From contig CAVZVA010000009.1 in NCBI GenBank assembly GCA_963778655.1, positions 416,001 to 480,000 of the forward strand: 64,000 nucleotides of DNA, written 5' to 3'. The translations under genes and the position numbers were made by a program. This document shows, piece by piece, positions 50,029 to 59,800 of this stretch; position 1 is the first letter of the stretch; each line of letters opens with the position of its first letter. The stretch is from an uncultured delta proteobacterium. GTDB taxonomy: Bacteria > Myxococcota_A > Polyangia > Polyangiales > JAFGIB01. The notes beneath the pieces were generated by a model, which did no database searches, was not told the DNA's origin, and saw only the letters and a program-made list of their open reading frames with translations.

Positions 50029-51672
50029 ATGACCGAGTTGCGCAGCGCCATCGTCCCCGGCAGCGACGAGCAAGACGCTCGGCGCGCGTTCATGCGCGCG
50101 CAGGTGGCGCGTGTGCTCGAGGTGCAGGCCAACATCGCCGGCAGCGAGCAGCGCTACGCCGAGCGCGCGCGCAAGGCCGGCAAGCTGCTGCCCCGCGAGC
50201 GGCTGGGACGGCTGCTCGACCCCGGCGCACCGTTTCTCGAGCTCGCGCCGCTCGCCGGCTATCGCATGTACGGCGATACGGACGGCAGCAGCGCCGGCGG
50301 CAACCTGATCGCAGGCATCGGCTTCGTCGCCGGCCGGCGCTGTCTCGCGATCGCCTGGAACTATGCGATCAAGGGCGGCACGATCACGCGCGTCACCACG
50401 CAGAAGATGCTGCGCCTGCAGGAGATCGCCCGCCGCCAGCGGCTGCCGATCGTGTCGCTGAGCGAGAGCGGCGGGGGCAACCTCGAGGGCGGCGGCGCCG
50501 GCGACCCCTGGGGCGCGTACGGCTTCATCGAGGGCGGTCTGTGTTACTGCCAGCAAGCCGAGCTCTCGGCCGCGGGCATCCCGCAGGTGGTGGTTGCGCA
50601 CGGCAATGCGACCGCGGGCGGCGCGTACCACGTCGCGCTGTCGGACTACGTGGTGCTGGTGCGGGGGCAGACCCAGCTGTTTCTGGCCGGCCCGCCGCTG
50701 CTCAAGGCCGCCACCGGCGAGATCGCGGGGGTGGAGGAGCTGGGTGGCGCCGAGATGCACGCGCGCGTCTCCGGTACCGGCGAGTATCTGGCGCAGGACG
50801 ACGCCGACGGCATTCGAATCGCGCGCGAGATCATGGCCCGGCTGCCCGCGTCCGCGCCGCCGCTGCCCGACGCGCCACCCGAGCCGCCGCGCTTGGATCC
50901 GCAGGAGCTCGACTGCGTGGTACCGCCCGACCCCAAGCTGTTCTACGACGTGCGCGAGATCATCGCGCGCATCGCCGACGGATCGCGCTTTCTCGAGCTC
51001 GGCGCCGAGCTCGACCAGGGTGCGGTATGCGGTCACATCCACCTGGGCGGCTACCGCGCCGCAGTGATCGGCAACAACGCGCCGATCACGCCCGACGGAG
51101 CGAAGAAGGCCGCCCAGCTGCTGCAGCTCTGCGACCAGAGCGACACGCCGGTGATCTTCCTGCACAACACCACCGGCTTCCTGGTCGGCGTCGAGGCCGA
51201 GCGCCAGGGTCAGGTCAAGCACGGCGCCAAGCTGATCCAGGCGGTGGCCAATGCGCGCGTGCCCAAGCTGGCGCTGGTGGTGGGCAACAGCTACGGCGCT
51301 GGCAACTACGCGATGGCCAGCCGCGCGCTGAAGCCCGACTTCGTGTTCGCCTGGCCGAGCGCGCGGACGGCGGTGATGGGCGGCGCGCAGGCGGCCAAGG
51401 TGATGCGGATCGTCGCCGAGCAGAAGCTCGCGCGCCGCGGCGGCGGCACGCTCGACGAGTCGGCCCGGGCACAGCTCGATCAGCAAGCGGCCGCGGTCGA
51501 GGCCGGGCTCGACGCCATCAGCGAGGCGCTGCACTGCAGCGCCCGGCTGTTCGACGACGGCATCATCGACCCGCGCGACTCGCGCAAGGTGCTGCTGCTG
51601 GCGTTGCAGACCTGCTTGCAGGGCCGCATCACGCCCCTACGCCCGAGCACCTTCGGCGTGGCGAGGTTCTGA
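50029..51672 (+). CDS. atuC: Acyl-CoA carboxylase carboxyltransferase subunit (AtuC-like)
   Basis: KLLPRERL..LLDPGAPFLEL, TAGGAY, FLAGPPL, NTTGFLVG, SYGAGNY, DDGIIDPRD, FGVARF. Confidence 0.85.
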   Translation: MTELRSAIVPGSDEQDARRAFMRAQVARVLEVQANIAGSEQRYAERARKAGKLLPRERLGRLLDPGAPFLELAPLAGYRMYGDTDGSSAGGNLIAGIGFVAGRRCLAIAWNYAIKGGTITRVTTQKMLRLQEIARRQRLPIVSLSESGGGNLEGGGAGDPWGAYGFIEGGLCYCQQAELSAAGIPQVVVAHGNATAGGAYHVALSDYVVLVRGQTQLFLAGPPLLKAATGEIAGVEELGGAEMHARVSGTGEYLAQDDADGIRIAREIMARLPASAPPLPDAPPEPPRLDPQELDCVVPPDPKLFYDVREIIARIADGSRFLELGAELDQGAVCGHIHLGGYRAAVIGNNAPITPDGAKKAAQLLQLCDQSDTPVIFLHNTTGFLVGVEAERQGQVKHGAKLIQAVANARVPKLALVVGNSYGAGNYAMASRALKPDFVFAWPSARTAVMGGAQAAKVMRIVAEQKLARRGGGTLDESARAQLDQQAAAVEAGLDAISEALHCSARLFDDGIIDPRDSRKVLLLALQTCLQGRITPLRPSTFGVARF

Positions 51673-51823
51673 GCGCCGCCGCGTGCGGCAAGAACAGCAT
51701 GACCCCGAACGGAACAGACACAGAAAGACGGGAAGCCCAAATGCAACTCCTACTGCCCGCCCTCCCGGTTTCCCGTGAATTCCTCTTCGAGGTGGCCACG
51801 TGCGGGCGAGGGGGCAGGTGAGC

Positions 51824-53035
51824 ATGGCCGAACAGCCAGACGACCGGAAGCTGCAAGCTTTTCGCCTGCAGGTGCGCGATTGGCTCGCGCGCAACGCGCC
51901 GCCCGCGCCCGACTTTCGCTTGCCCGACAGCTTCATGGAGGTCGGCACCGACGCGCAGTTTCGTTACCTGCGCGACTGGCAGGCCAAGGTCTACCAGGCC
52001 GGCTACCTCGGCATGGCGTGGCCCAAGCAGTACGGCGGCGGCGGCATGCCGGAGGCCTATCAGCGCGTGGTCACCTCCGAGATGGGACGCGCGCAGGTGC
52101 CGTTCATGGTCAACGTGATCGGCCTGTTCTGGGCCGGGCCGACCATCTTGAAGCTCGGCAGCGAGGCGCAGAAGAAGCGCTACATCCCCAAGATCCTGAG
52201 CGCCGAGGAGATCTGGTGCCAGGGCTTCTCGGAGCCGGAGAACGGCTCCGACCTGGCGAACGCGCAGATGACCGCGACTCGCGACGGCGACGCCTATGTG
52301 CTCGACGGAACCAAGATCTGGACCAGTCTGGGCATCTACGCCAAGCACATGATCCTGCTTGCGCGCACCGAGCGCGGCACCGCGAGCAAGTACCAGGGCC
52401 TGTCGTTCTTTCTGGCGCCGATGGACGTGCCGCACGTCACCACGGTGCCGATCCGCAAGATGACTGGCGAGCACGGCTTCACCGAGACGCGCTTCGAGGG
52501 CGCGCGCATTCCCGCCGACTGTCTGCTCGGTCAGGAAGGCCAGGGCTGGGCGATCGCGCTCGCCACGCTGGCGTTCGAGCGCGGCGCAGAGGGCGGTCAG
52601 GCAGGTGGCCTGAGCATGGTTCCTCTGCAGGTTGCCCAGGTGGTGGAGATGGCGCGCGTGTTGCAGCGCGACGGCCGCCCCGCGATCGAGGATCCGCTGG
52701 TGCGCGACGCGCTGGTGCGGCTCGCGATCGAGGAGCGCGGGCTGGAGCTGGGGCCGCAGCGGGTGCGTCACGCAGCGCTCGCCCAGCCGCGCCCGCACGC
52801 GGTGGCGATGATGAGCAAGCTGCTCCACAGCGAATTCCGGCGACGGCTGTGCGCGTTCGCCGTCAGCCTGCAAGGCGCCAGCGCGGTGCTCTATGCCGGC
52901 GACCCCGACGCCTTCGCCGAGGGCGCGTGGCAGCGCAGCTACATGAACGCGTTCTCGGCCACCATCGGCGGGGGCACCAGCCAGATCCAGATGAACATCC
53001 TGGGCGAGCGCGTGCTCGGGCTGCCGAAGGGGTGA
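51824..53035 (+). CDS. Acyl-CoA dehydrogenase, probable catalytic subunit of a heteromer
   Basis: WCQGFSEP..GSDLA, GTKIWTS, LAFER, TIGGGTSQIQ.NILGERVLGLP. Confidence 0.92.
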   Translation: MAEQPDDRKLQAFRLQVRDWLARNAPPAPDFRLPDSFMEVGTDAQFRYLRDWQAKVYQAGYLGMAWPKQYGGGGMPEAYQRVVTSEMGRAQVPFMVNVIGLFWAGPTILKLGSEAQKKRYIPKILSAEEIWCQGFSEPENGSDLANAQMTATRDGDAYVLDGTKIWTSLGIYAKHMILLARTERGTASKYQGLSFFLAPMDVPHVTTVPIRKMTGEHGFTETRFEGARIPADCLLGQEGQGWAIALATLAFERGAEGGQAGGLSMVPLQVAQVVEMARVLQRDGRPAIEDPLVRDALVRLAIEERGLELGPQRVRHAALAQPRPHAVAMMSKLLHSEFRRRLCAFAVSLQGASAVLYAGDPDAFAEGAWQRSYMNAFSATIGGGTSQIQMNILGERVLGLPKG

Positions 53036-53040
53036 GCGGC

Positions 53041-54177
53041 ATGAGCGACGCCAACGGCTTGTCCGAGATCGAGCACAGCGAGGAGGAAGTGCTGCTGCGA
53101 GAGAGCGCGGCCGCGTGGCTGGCCGAGCACGCGGACTTCGCCGCCGTGCGCCGCACGATGCAGAGCGAATCGGGGTTCGACCGCGAGCTCTACCGCGAGC
53201 TGGCGCGGCTCGGCTGGCTCGGCATCGCGGTGCCCGCGGCCTACGGTGGGGCGGGCATGCGCGCCGGCGCGGTGTGCAGCGTGGCCGAGCCGATGGGCCA
53301 GCGCCTGTTCGCGTCGCCCTTTCTCGCCAGCACGCTCGCGGCACAGGCGCTGCTGGCGGCCGGCAGCGAGGCCCAGCGCGAGCGCTGGCTGCCCGCGATC
53401 GTGAGTGGGGAGGCGATCGCCAGCGTGGCGCTGAGCGAGCCCAGCGGGGCGTACGAGGCGCGCGACTGCGCGGCCCAGGCCAGAGTGGCGGGCGGCCGAC
53501 TGGAGCTGTCCGGCACCAAGACCTGCGTGCTGGACGCGCAGCACGCCGACGTGGTGCTGGCGGCGGTGCGCATGGGCGAGCATCCGGCGCTGCTCGTGCT
53601 GGAGGCGCGCGATCTCGCCGGGCGCCTGCGCAGCGAGCAGCTGGTCGACGAGACGCGGCGCAGCGCCCGGCTCACGCTCGACGGCCTCCAAGTAGGCCGC
53701 GACGCGCTGCTCGGCGGCGGCGACGCCGGCGAGGCGCTGCGCAGCGTGGAGCGGCTGGGCTGGTTGATGCTCGCCGCGGAGATGGCCGGGGGCTGCGAGG
53801 GCGTGATGCAGCTCACGCTCGAGTACCTCAGAACGCGCACGCAGTTCGGACGCCTGATCGGCTCGTATCAGGCGCTCAAGCATCCGATGGTCGAGATCAT
53901 GTGCGCGCTCGAACAGGGGCGCTCGCTGCTCTACCATGCCGCGACCGCGTTCGAGCGCGCCGATCCCGGGCCCGAGATCGCGTTGCGCATGGCCAAGGCG
54001 CAGCTCGGTGAAACCTTCGCGCATGCCGCCGACCGCGCGATCCAGTTTCACGGCGCGATCGGCTTTACCTACGAGTGCCACGCGCAGCTGTTCTTCCGCC
54101 GTGCGCAGTGGGCGCAATACACCTTCGGCGACCCGCTGCACCACCGCCGCCGCCTGGCCGCGCTGCTGTTGGAGTAG
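53041..54177 (+). CDS. Acyl-CoA dehydrogenase, probable partner subunit
   Basis: LGWLGI.VP..YGG, R.QFGRLIGSYQALKH, QFHGAIGFTYE. Confidence 0.9.
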   Translation: MSDANGLSEIEHSEEEVLLRESAAAWLAEHADFAAVRRTMQSESGFDRELYRELARLGWLGIAVPAAYGGAGMRAGAVCSVAEPMGQRLFASPFLASTLAAQALLAAGSEAQRERWLPAIVSGEAIASVALSEPSGAYEARDCAAQARVAGGRLELSGTKTCVLDAQHADVVLAAVRMGEHPALLVLEARDLAGRLRSEQLVDETRRSARLTLDGLQVGRDALLGGGDAGEALRSVERLGWLMLAAEMAGGCEGVMQLTLEYLRTRTQFGRLIGSYQALKHPMVEIMCALEQGRSLLYHAATAFERADPGPEIALRMAKAQLGETFAHAADRAIQFHGAIGFTYECHAQLFFRRAQWAQYTFGDPLHHRRRLAALLLE

Positions 54178-54184
54178 CCTGCTT

Positions 54185-54943
54185 TCAGCGGGCGAGCGTC
54201 TGACAGGCGGAGACCAGCTTGTCGGTGGCGTGGCGCACGCAGTCGCGGAAGGCCATGCGGGCCCCGCCGTGGTCGCCGAGCGCATCGCGCGCCCCGGCGA
54301 GCGCGATGTACGCGCTGGCGCGCATGGGATCGAGGCGCACGGCCTGCGCGGCGAGCTGGCCCGCCTCTCGCGCGCGCCCTGCGTGCAGCGCGCGGTACGC
54401 GCGCTCGGTCTGGACGGCGGCGGGCGAGCCGTGCTCCCGGGGAGCGCGTGCGGCAGAGGCGAGCGCGTGCTCGCGCCGCGCTGGTGGCAACGTGGGCGCG
54501 GCGGCGCGCGAGGTTTCGTGCGCGCGCGCGACGGGCGCCGGCACAAGCGCGGCGGTGCGCGTGGCTTCCTGCGCGCGCGCGATCGGCGCCGGGGTGGGTT
54601 GCGCCGGCTCGCCCGTCACGCCCGCCGGGTGCGACGACGTCTGCTCGGGCGGCCGCAGCGCCGACGCGTGCGGCGGCGCCGCCGACGGCAGCGCGGGCAG
54701 GGTGGCTTTGCCGAGCGTGGCCGGCTTCACCAGCGCCAGCTCGGCATAGGCCGCGAAGCACACCGAGACCACCAAGAAGAAGCCGAGCATCGCCGCTGTG
54801 GCGGTCATCGCCCTGCGCTGCGCCGGGGCCAGCGCCTTGGGCTCCCAGCTCTCGGGCTCGAGGGCAGGCCGCTCGGGCGGCCGGTTGAAAAACACCTCGG
54901 CCAGCTCGTCGTCGTCGAAGGGCATTGGGCTCGCGTCTGCCAT
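54185..54943 (-). CDS. Membrane-anchored hypothetical protein with Pro/Ala linker and C-terminal TPR-like helices
   Basis: Single TM (AMLGFFLVVSVCFAAY); AVRLDP..ASAYIALA TPR-like segment; start uncertain. Confidence 0.6.
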   Translation of the reverse strand: MADASPMPFDDDELAEVFFNRPPERPALEPESWEPKALAPAQRRAMTATAAMLGFFLVVSVCFAAYAELALVKPATLGKATLPALPSAAPPHASALRPPEQTSSHPAGVTGEPAQPTPAPIARAQEATRTAALVPAPVARAHETSRAAAPTLPPARREHALASAARAPREHGSPAAVQTERAYRALHAGRAREAGQLAAQAVRLDPMRASAYIALAGARDALGDHGGARMAFRDCVRHATDKLVSACQTLAR

Positions 54944-55179
54944 CAGACCGTCAGTGGCGATCCCCGCCTCGGACGGTCGGAACAAATATGAAGCGTGTGA
55001 AATTGCATACCCATCCCGGGGTGGCCGCCGCTGTGCTCCGCGCGCGGCCTGCACCCGAGCGAGCGATGCCGTGAGCCGCTGCCGCGACCCCGCTTCGCGC
55101 CCCGCGCGCGCGTCCCGGCTGCTGCGGCGGGCGGCGCTGCCGTGATCAGCTATGCTGCGGTCGCAGGGAGGGCCGCCGC

Positions 55180-55461
55180 GTGCCGGGTTTTGCGATCGCG
55201 ATCTTGAAGGTCTTGGCGTGGGTGAACCTGCTCTTCGGGGTCGGGCTGGCCATGGCGATCTCGCTCAGCCACCCGGTGGCGTCCGGCGCTGCCGGCGGCC
55301 CGGCGGCCTGGTACGCGTTCCCCGAGTACGTGCGCGTGGTGCTCGAGCTCGCGTGTGCGTTCGAGGGCTTCAGCGGTTGGGCGCTGATGCTCACCGTGGC
55401 CACCATCGCCGACCAGCTTGAGCAACTCCAGGCGTCCGTGTCCAGGAACGCGCAAAGCTGA
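55180..55461 (+). CDS. Small two-TM hypothetical membrane protein
   Basis: GGGAGG RBS, two hydrophobic segments, good codon bias. Confidence 0.55.
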   Translation: MPGFAIAILKVLAWVNLLFGVGLAMAISLSHPVASGAAGGPAAWYAFPEYVRVVLELACAFEGFSGWALMLTVATIADQLEQLQASVSRNAQS

Positions 55462-55518
55462 GCGCCCCCGGCCATCGTCACGATAGCGCCGGACGCAAGC
55501 TAGCATGCCGAGCGCGCT

Positions 55519-55779
55519 TCAGTTCGCGCGCCTGGCCGCACGCTTGGTCGCGGAGCTCGCGGCGCTGCTGCCGTTGCCGAGCTGCTCCTTGAGCAACTCG
55601 CTTTCGGCTTCTAGCCAGTCGGCCAACCCGTCGCCAGGCGGCCGCCCGCGCGCTTCCCACTTCTGGTAGGCGCGTCGCGCGATCTCGTTGGGCTCGGGCG
55701 GCGGCTCCGCGCGCGCGTCCAGGTTGATAGCGGCACCGGCCTCGGGCATGCCGGTGCTCGCGTGCTTGGTTCTTGCCAT
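55519..55779 (-). CDS. DUF2934 domain protein
   Basis: IARRAYQKWEARGRPPG...DWLEAE; GGAGG RBS. Confidence 0.85.
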   Translation of the reverse strand: MARTKHASTGMPEAGAAINLDARAEPPPEPNEIARRAYQKWEARGRPPGDGLADWLEAESELLKEQLGNGSSAASSATKRAARRAN

Positions 55780-56182
55780 GGTGCCTCCCGCATGCTCATT
55801 TAATCGCAGCCACGAGCAGCGCAAGGGCTGGCCCGCGCGCGGCTGCGAGGCCCCCGCTGCTCGGGTGCGGGGCGCACAGCCGTGCGTATCCTTGGACCGT
55901 ATGCGCATGACCGCCGGGTTTCCAGAAGGTCTCGTTTCCTGCCCATTTTGTGGGCCGGTCCCCAGAGCGAGGCTGCGCGGATCTCCAGGCCGCGTCGCGG
56001 GGATCGCGCCCTCGCCGGGGCACACGGGCCCCGCTCGGTTGCAGGGGGTCGAATACCTGGCCCCCTTCGCTCTCACTCCAGGCGATTCAGCCCGGGCGCC
56101 GACTTGCCCCGGCGGCGCGCGGCGCCGTCGCTGTGCGACGCGCCCGGCCGGCACGCCCAAGACTCCGCTCGGCTGAGCCCGC

Positions 56183-57022
56183 ATGCGCGCTTCGCAGCGA
56201 GCGGTTCGAGCGGTGAGCAGGCTGCTGTTGTCGCGTGACGCGCACGAACGGGTCTCCCGGCTCGCGCAGCCCGACGCGGGGCACGGCTACGACGTGTTCG
56301 GCATGCACCGGGACTGGCTGGAGCTGGGGCTCGGCCTGCTCGCGCCCTTCTACCGCGGCTACTTTCGCGTCAGCTCCCACGATGCGCACAACCTCCCCGC
56401 GCGCGGCCCCGCCATCTTGATCGCCAACCACGCCGGTACGCTTCCGATCGACGCGGCCATGATCGTGCTCGACGTCTTCGAGCACACCGAGCCGCCGCGG
56501 CTGCTGCGGCCGATCGCGGACGTGTTTCTGCCTCAGCTGCCGTTCGCGAGCGCGATGCTGGCCCGGATGGGCGTGGTGCCCGGGGCGCGCGGCAACGTGC
56601 TGCGTCTGCTCGAGCAGGGCGAGCTGTGTTTGATCTTCCCGGAGGGCACGCCGGCCATCGGCAAACCCCGCAGCGAGCGTTACCGGTTGCAGGACTGGCG
56701 CGTCGGACACGCGGAGCTGGCGTTGCGCAAGCGCGTCCCGGTGGTGCCGGTCGCCGTGATCGGCTCGGAGGAGCAGTGGCCGCAGCTCGCGCGGCTGCGC
56801 GCGATCCGGCCCTTTGGCGCGCCCTATTTGCCGCTTCCCGCGACACCGCTGCCCCTGCCCGTGCACTATCACATCCATTACGGCACGCCGCTGGAGCTCT
56901 CCGGCGAGCTCGAGGGTGCGCTCAACGCGCAGGCGATCGAGGCGGCCGCGAAACGCACGCGACAGGCGCTGCAGGCCTTGATCGAGCACGGGCTCAGGCA
57001 GCGCAGGGGCGTGTTCCGGTGA
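56183..57022 (+). CDS. Lysophospholipid (PlsC-type) acyltransferase
   Basis: GYDVFG, ANHAGTLPID, IFPEG, PVVPVAVIGSEE, LPLP. Confidence 0.9.
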   Translation: MRASQRAVRAVSRLLLSRDAHERVSRLAQPDAGHGYDVFGMHRDWLELGLGLLAPFYRGYFRVSSHDAHNLPARGPAILIANHAGTLPIDAAMIVLDVFEHTEPPRLLRPIADVFLPQLPFASAMLARMGVVPGARGNVLRLLEQGELCLIFPEGTPAIGKPRSERYRLQDWRVGHAELALRKRVPVVPVAVIGSEEQWPQLARLRAIRPFGAPYLPLPATPLPLPVHYHIHYGTPLELSGELEGALNAQAIEAAAKRTRQALQALIEHGLRQRRGVFR

Positions 57023-57990
57023 GCGACGAGGCCAAGAGAGCCGTGTTGGTCACCGCGGCGACCACCGCCGTGGGCCGCGCCATCGTCTCCGCGCTGGCGA
57101 GCGACCCGCGCGTCCGCGCCGTGCTCGCCGTCCGCGCGCCGGACGAGGCGCCGCCGCTCGAGCAAACCGCCAAGCTGCACCCGCTCGCGGTCGACCTCAC
57201 CCGCTACCGCGACACCCGCGAGCTGCTGCTGGGCCCCGCGCTGCTGCACGGCGTCGACACCGTGGTGCACGCGCCGCTGCACAGCGAGCCCCGCGACGAG
57301 GGCAAGCGGGTGTTTCGGCTCAACGTTGAATCAACGCACCAGTTGCTGGGGCTGTGCGAGGAGCAGGCCGGCATCGCGCACTTCGTGCTCCGCAGCTTCT
57401 CGGACGTGTATCGGGTCGATCGCGACGGCACCCAGCTGATCGACGAGGACCAACCGCTCGAGCTTTCGCCCGACGCGCCGCAGAGCGTGCGCGATCACGC
57501 TCAGGCCGATCTGACGGCGTGCGCCCGGGTCGGCCAATCGCGCTTGCGCATCTGCGTGCTGCGCTGCGCGGAGATCCTGGCTGCGGGCGCCGGCAGCGTG
57601 CTGCACGACTACCTGAGCTCGCGGCTGTGCCTGCGCCCGCTGGGCTATGACCCCATGCTGAACCTGCTGTCGCTGCGTGACGCGGGCGAGGCCGTGGCCC
57701 TGGCGGCCTTCGGCGACGCGCGCGGCCCCTTCAACGTGCCGGGGTACGACACCCTGCCGCTCGCCGAGCTGGTGCACCTGTGCGGGCGTGTCGGCATACC
57801 GCTGCCCGGGCCGCTGCTGCGGCCCCTGTACGCGCTGCGCGCGCGGGCGGGCGTGGCGCGCTATCGCTACGCGGCCGATCGACGCCGCATGCACTACGGC
57901 CGCCTGCTCGATGGGGCGCGTGCTGCCGCGGAGCTCGGCTACGAGCCGCGCCACCCGATCGCGTTCGCGCGCCTGTTTGCCGCTGAGTGA
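57019..57990 (+). CDS. NAD-dependent epimerase/dehydratase family protein (degenerate Rossmann motif)
   Basis: VLVTAATTAVGR, NV.ST, VLR, GYDPM, GPFNVPG; GTGA overlap with the acyltransferase. Confidence 0.8.
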   Translation: MSDEAKRAVLVTAATTAVGRAIVSALASDPRVRAVLAVRAPDEAPPLEQTAKLHPLAVDLTRYRDTRELLLGPALLHGVDTVVHAPLHSEPRDEGKRVFRLNVESTHQLLGLCEEQAGIAHFVLRSFSDVYRVDRDGTQLIDEDQPLELSPDAPQSVRDHAQADLTACARVGQSRLRICVLRCAEILAAGAGSVLHDYLSSRLCLRPLGYDPMLNLLSLRDAGEAVALAAFGDARGPFNVPGYDTLPLAELVHLCGRVGIPLPGPLLRPLYALRARAGVARYRYAADRRRMHYGRLLDGARAAAELGYEPRHPIAFARLFAAE

Positions 57991-57994
57991 GCGC

Positions 57995-59563
57995 TCACCA
58001 GCAGGTGTTGGTGGCGCCGATCAGGCTGAGCACGCCGTTATCGAGCGCGTGGGCCGGGTAGGCGAACGCGAACTGGTAGCACATCTCCTGGCTGGTCGAC
58101 GGGCCGAAGGGGACGCCCGCGGACGTGTTGTTGTTGAAGGTGCAGGTCGAGGTGATGGTGTCGCCCGGCTGCAGGTCCACGTCGGCGTCGTAGTGGATCT
58201 GGTGATTGAAGTCGAACGCCTTGTCGAACACCTCGGTGTCCACGCCGTTGTGGGTCACCACCGAGGTCATGTTCACGCCGAGCAGGTGCATGTGCGGCCA
58301 GAAAAAGAAGATGTGAATCGGGTCGGTGACGTTCATGCCGGTTCGGCTGGGGTCACAGGTGCCGCCGAACTTGCTGACCTCACCGGGGGGCATGCCGATC
58401 GGGCCATTGAAGTTTTCGGTGCCGAGCCAGGTGATCGAGCCCAGCTTGCTGCGCGTGCCCGCAGGCACCGTGCACACCTGCACCGCGGTTCCGTCGGGCT
58501 GCGCCGAGCCGGTGCTGTTGAAGAAGTGCCATTGCAGGTTGAGATTGACGCCCTGTCCCGGGTCGGGCAGGTCGAAGCCGACGTCGTCGGGCATGGTGAC
58601 GTTGTGGCCTCCCACGGCCCAACCCGCGATCAGCGAGGAGCCGATGTCGCCGAGCTGTGTGCCGATCACGGTCTCGTGGAAACCGTTGGGCTGGCCGGTG
58701 CTGCTGGTGAACAGTAGCCAGTGGTGGAGCACCGCGAGGTTGTCGAACTTGGCGCCGAAGCGCGTGCCCTCACTGCCCGCGGGCCAGGGAATATCGAAGT
58801 AGAACTGCTCGTAGTGCTCGCCCGCGTCGACCATGTACTTGGTCGAGTCGACGGTGGTGGTGGACTGATGGGTCAGCAGCTCATAGCAGGTCTCGCCGGG
58901 CAGCGGCACAAGCGGTGCCATGTCGCCGGCTGCCACGTCGCCGCCGGTGCCGCCGCCGCCCGGCGTCGGCGCCGCGGTGCAGCTCGGATCGGCCGCGCCT
59001 GCGGGCGGCGCGCCTGCGCCGAGCCAGGCGTCGAGCGTGCCGAAATCGGCCGCCGGCAGGCCCCCGCCCGGAGGCATGGGTTTCATCGCGTCATGAACGC
59101 GCATCTGCGCGAGCTGGTAGACCTTGAGCTCGGGCCGAGTCTTGGCCGGGCGCTGAAAGTCGGCGTAGGTGAGCAGCGACATCGGCGCGCCGCCGATGGG
59201 CGTGGCGCCGTGGCATTGCTGGCAGTGGTTTCCGAGCTGCGTGCTCACGTCGCACGGCAGCGCCCCGGCCGAGGTCGCGGGTGCGGCCGCGCCCGCTGCG
59301 CCGGCGCCGGCCGGATTGGCGGTGCTGGGACTGGCCGACGCCGTGGCCGCGGGCGCCTGCGTGCTGGGGCTCGCGGCGAAAGGATCGGCGGCGGCGCCGA
59401 TGGGCACGGGGCTTCCGGAGGCACCCGCGAAGCCGGTGGCGTCCCGCGCCCCGCCGGCGCCGGAGTCCGCCGCCGTCCCACAACCCGCCTGTAGCGCGAG
59501 CGCCGCACCCAGCGTCGCCGCTGCAGCCAGCGCCCGAATCAGCCCTTGTTTCGACCGCTCCAT
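57995..59563 (-). CDS. Lipoprotein: c-type cytochrome domain fused to copper type II (PHM/DBH-like) monooxygenase; paralog of 7627-9129
   Basis: Lipobox LQAGC; CQQCH and PMPP; LHHWLL, QWHFFN, PHMH, SQEMC; GGAGG RBS. Confidence 0.85.
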   Translation of the reverse strand: MERSKQGLIRALAAAATLGAALALQAGCGTAADSGAGGARDATGFAGASGSPVPIGAAADPFAASPSTQAPAATASASPSTANPAGAGAAGAAAPATSAGALPCDVSTQLGNHCQQCHGATPIGGAPMSLLTYADFQRPAKTRPELKVYQLAQMRVHDAMKPMPPGGGLPAADFGTLDAWLGAGAPPAGAADPSCTAAPTPGGGGTGGDVAAGDMAPLVPLPGETCYELLTHQSTTTVDSTKYMVDAGEHYEQFYFDIPWPAGSEGTRFGAKFDNLAVLHHWLLFTSSTGQPNGFHETVIGTQLGDIGSSLIAGWAVGGHNVTMPDDVGFDLPDPGQGVNLNLQWHFFNSTGSAQPDGTAVQVCTVPAGTRSKLGSITWLGTENFNGPIGMPPGEVSKFGGTCDPSRTGMNVTDPIHIFFFWPHMHLLGVNMTSVVTHNGVDTEVFDKAFDFNHQIHYDADVDLQPGDTITSTCTFNNNTSAGVPFGPSTSQEMCYQFAFAYPAHALDNGVLSLIGATNTCW

Positions 59564-59735
59564 GAGCCCTCCACCACGCGCTTACGGCCTACGCGCGACA
59601 CCCGCCGCGCCAACCCAGTCCTAACCACATGGTGCACTGGGCGTGCGGGAACGTCCGCAGCGGGCAATGCGATCGGTTGGCGGCGTTGATCCATCGCAAC
59701 CGGTGGCTCCGGGGCGCCGCGGCGCTGGACGACCC

Positions 59736-59777
59736 AAAACAAGACGGGGAGCCGGCCCCATAGGAACCGGCTCCCCG
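59736..59777 (-). terminator. Rho-independent terminator downstream of the porin gene
   Basis: CGGGGAGCCGG/CCGGCTCCCCG 11-bp stem followed on the minus strand by TCTTGTTTT. Confidence 0.8.
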
Positions 59778-59800
59778 ACACTGGAGGACAGGCAAAGGCT

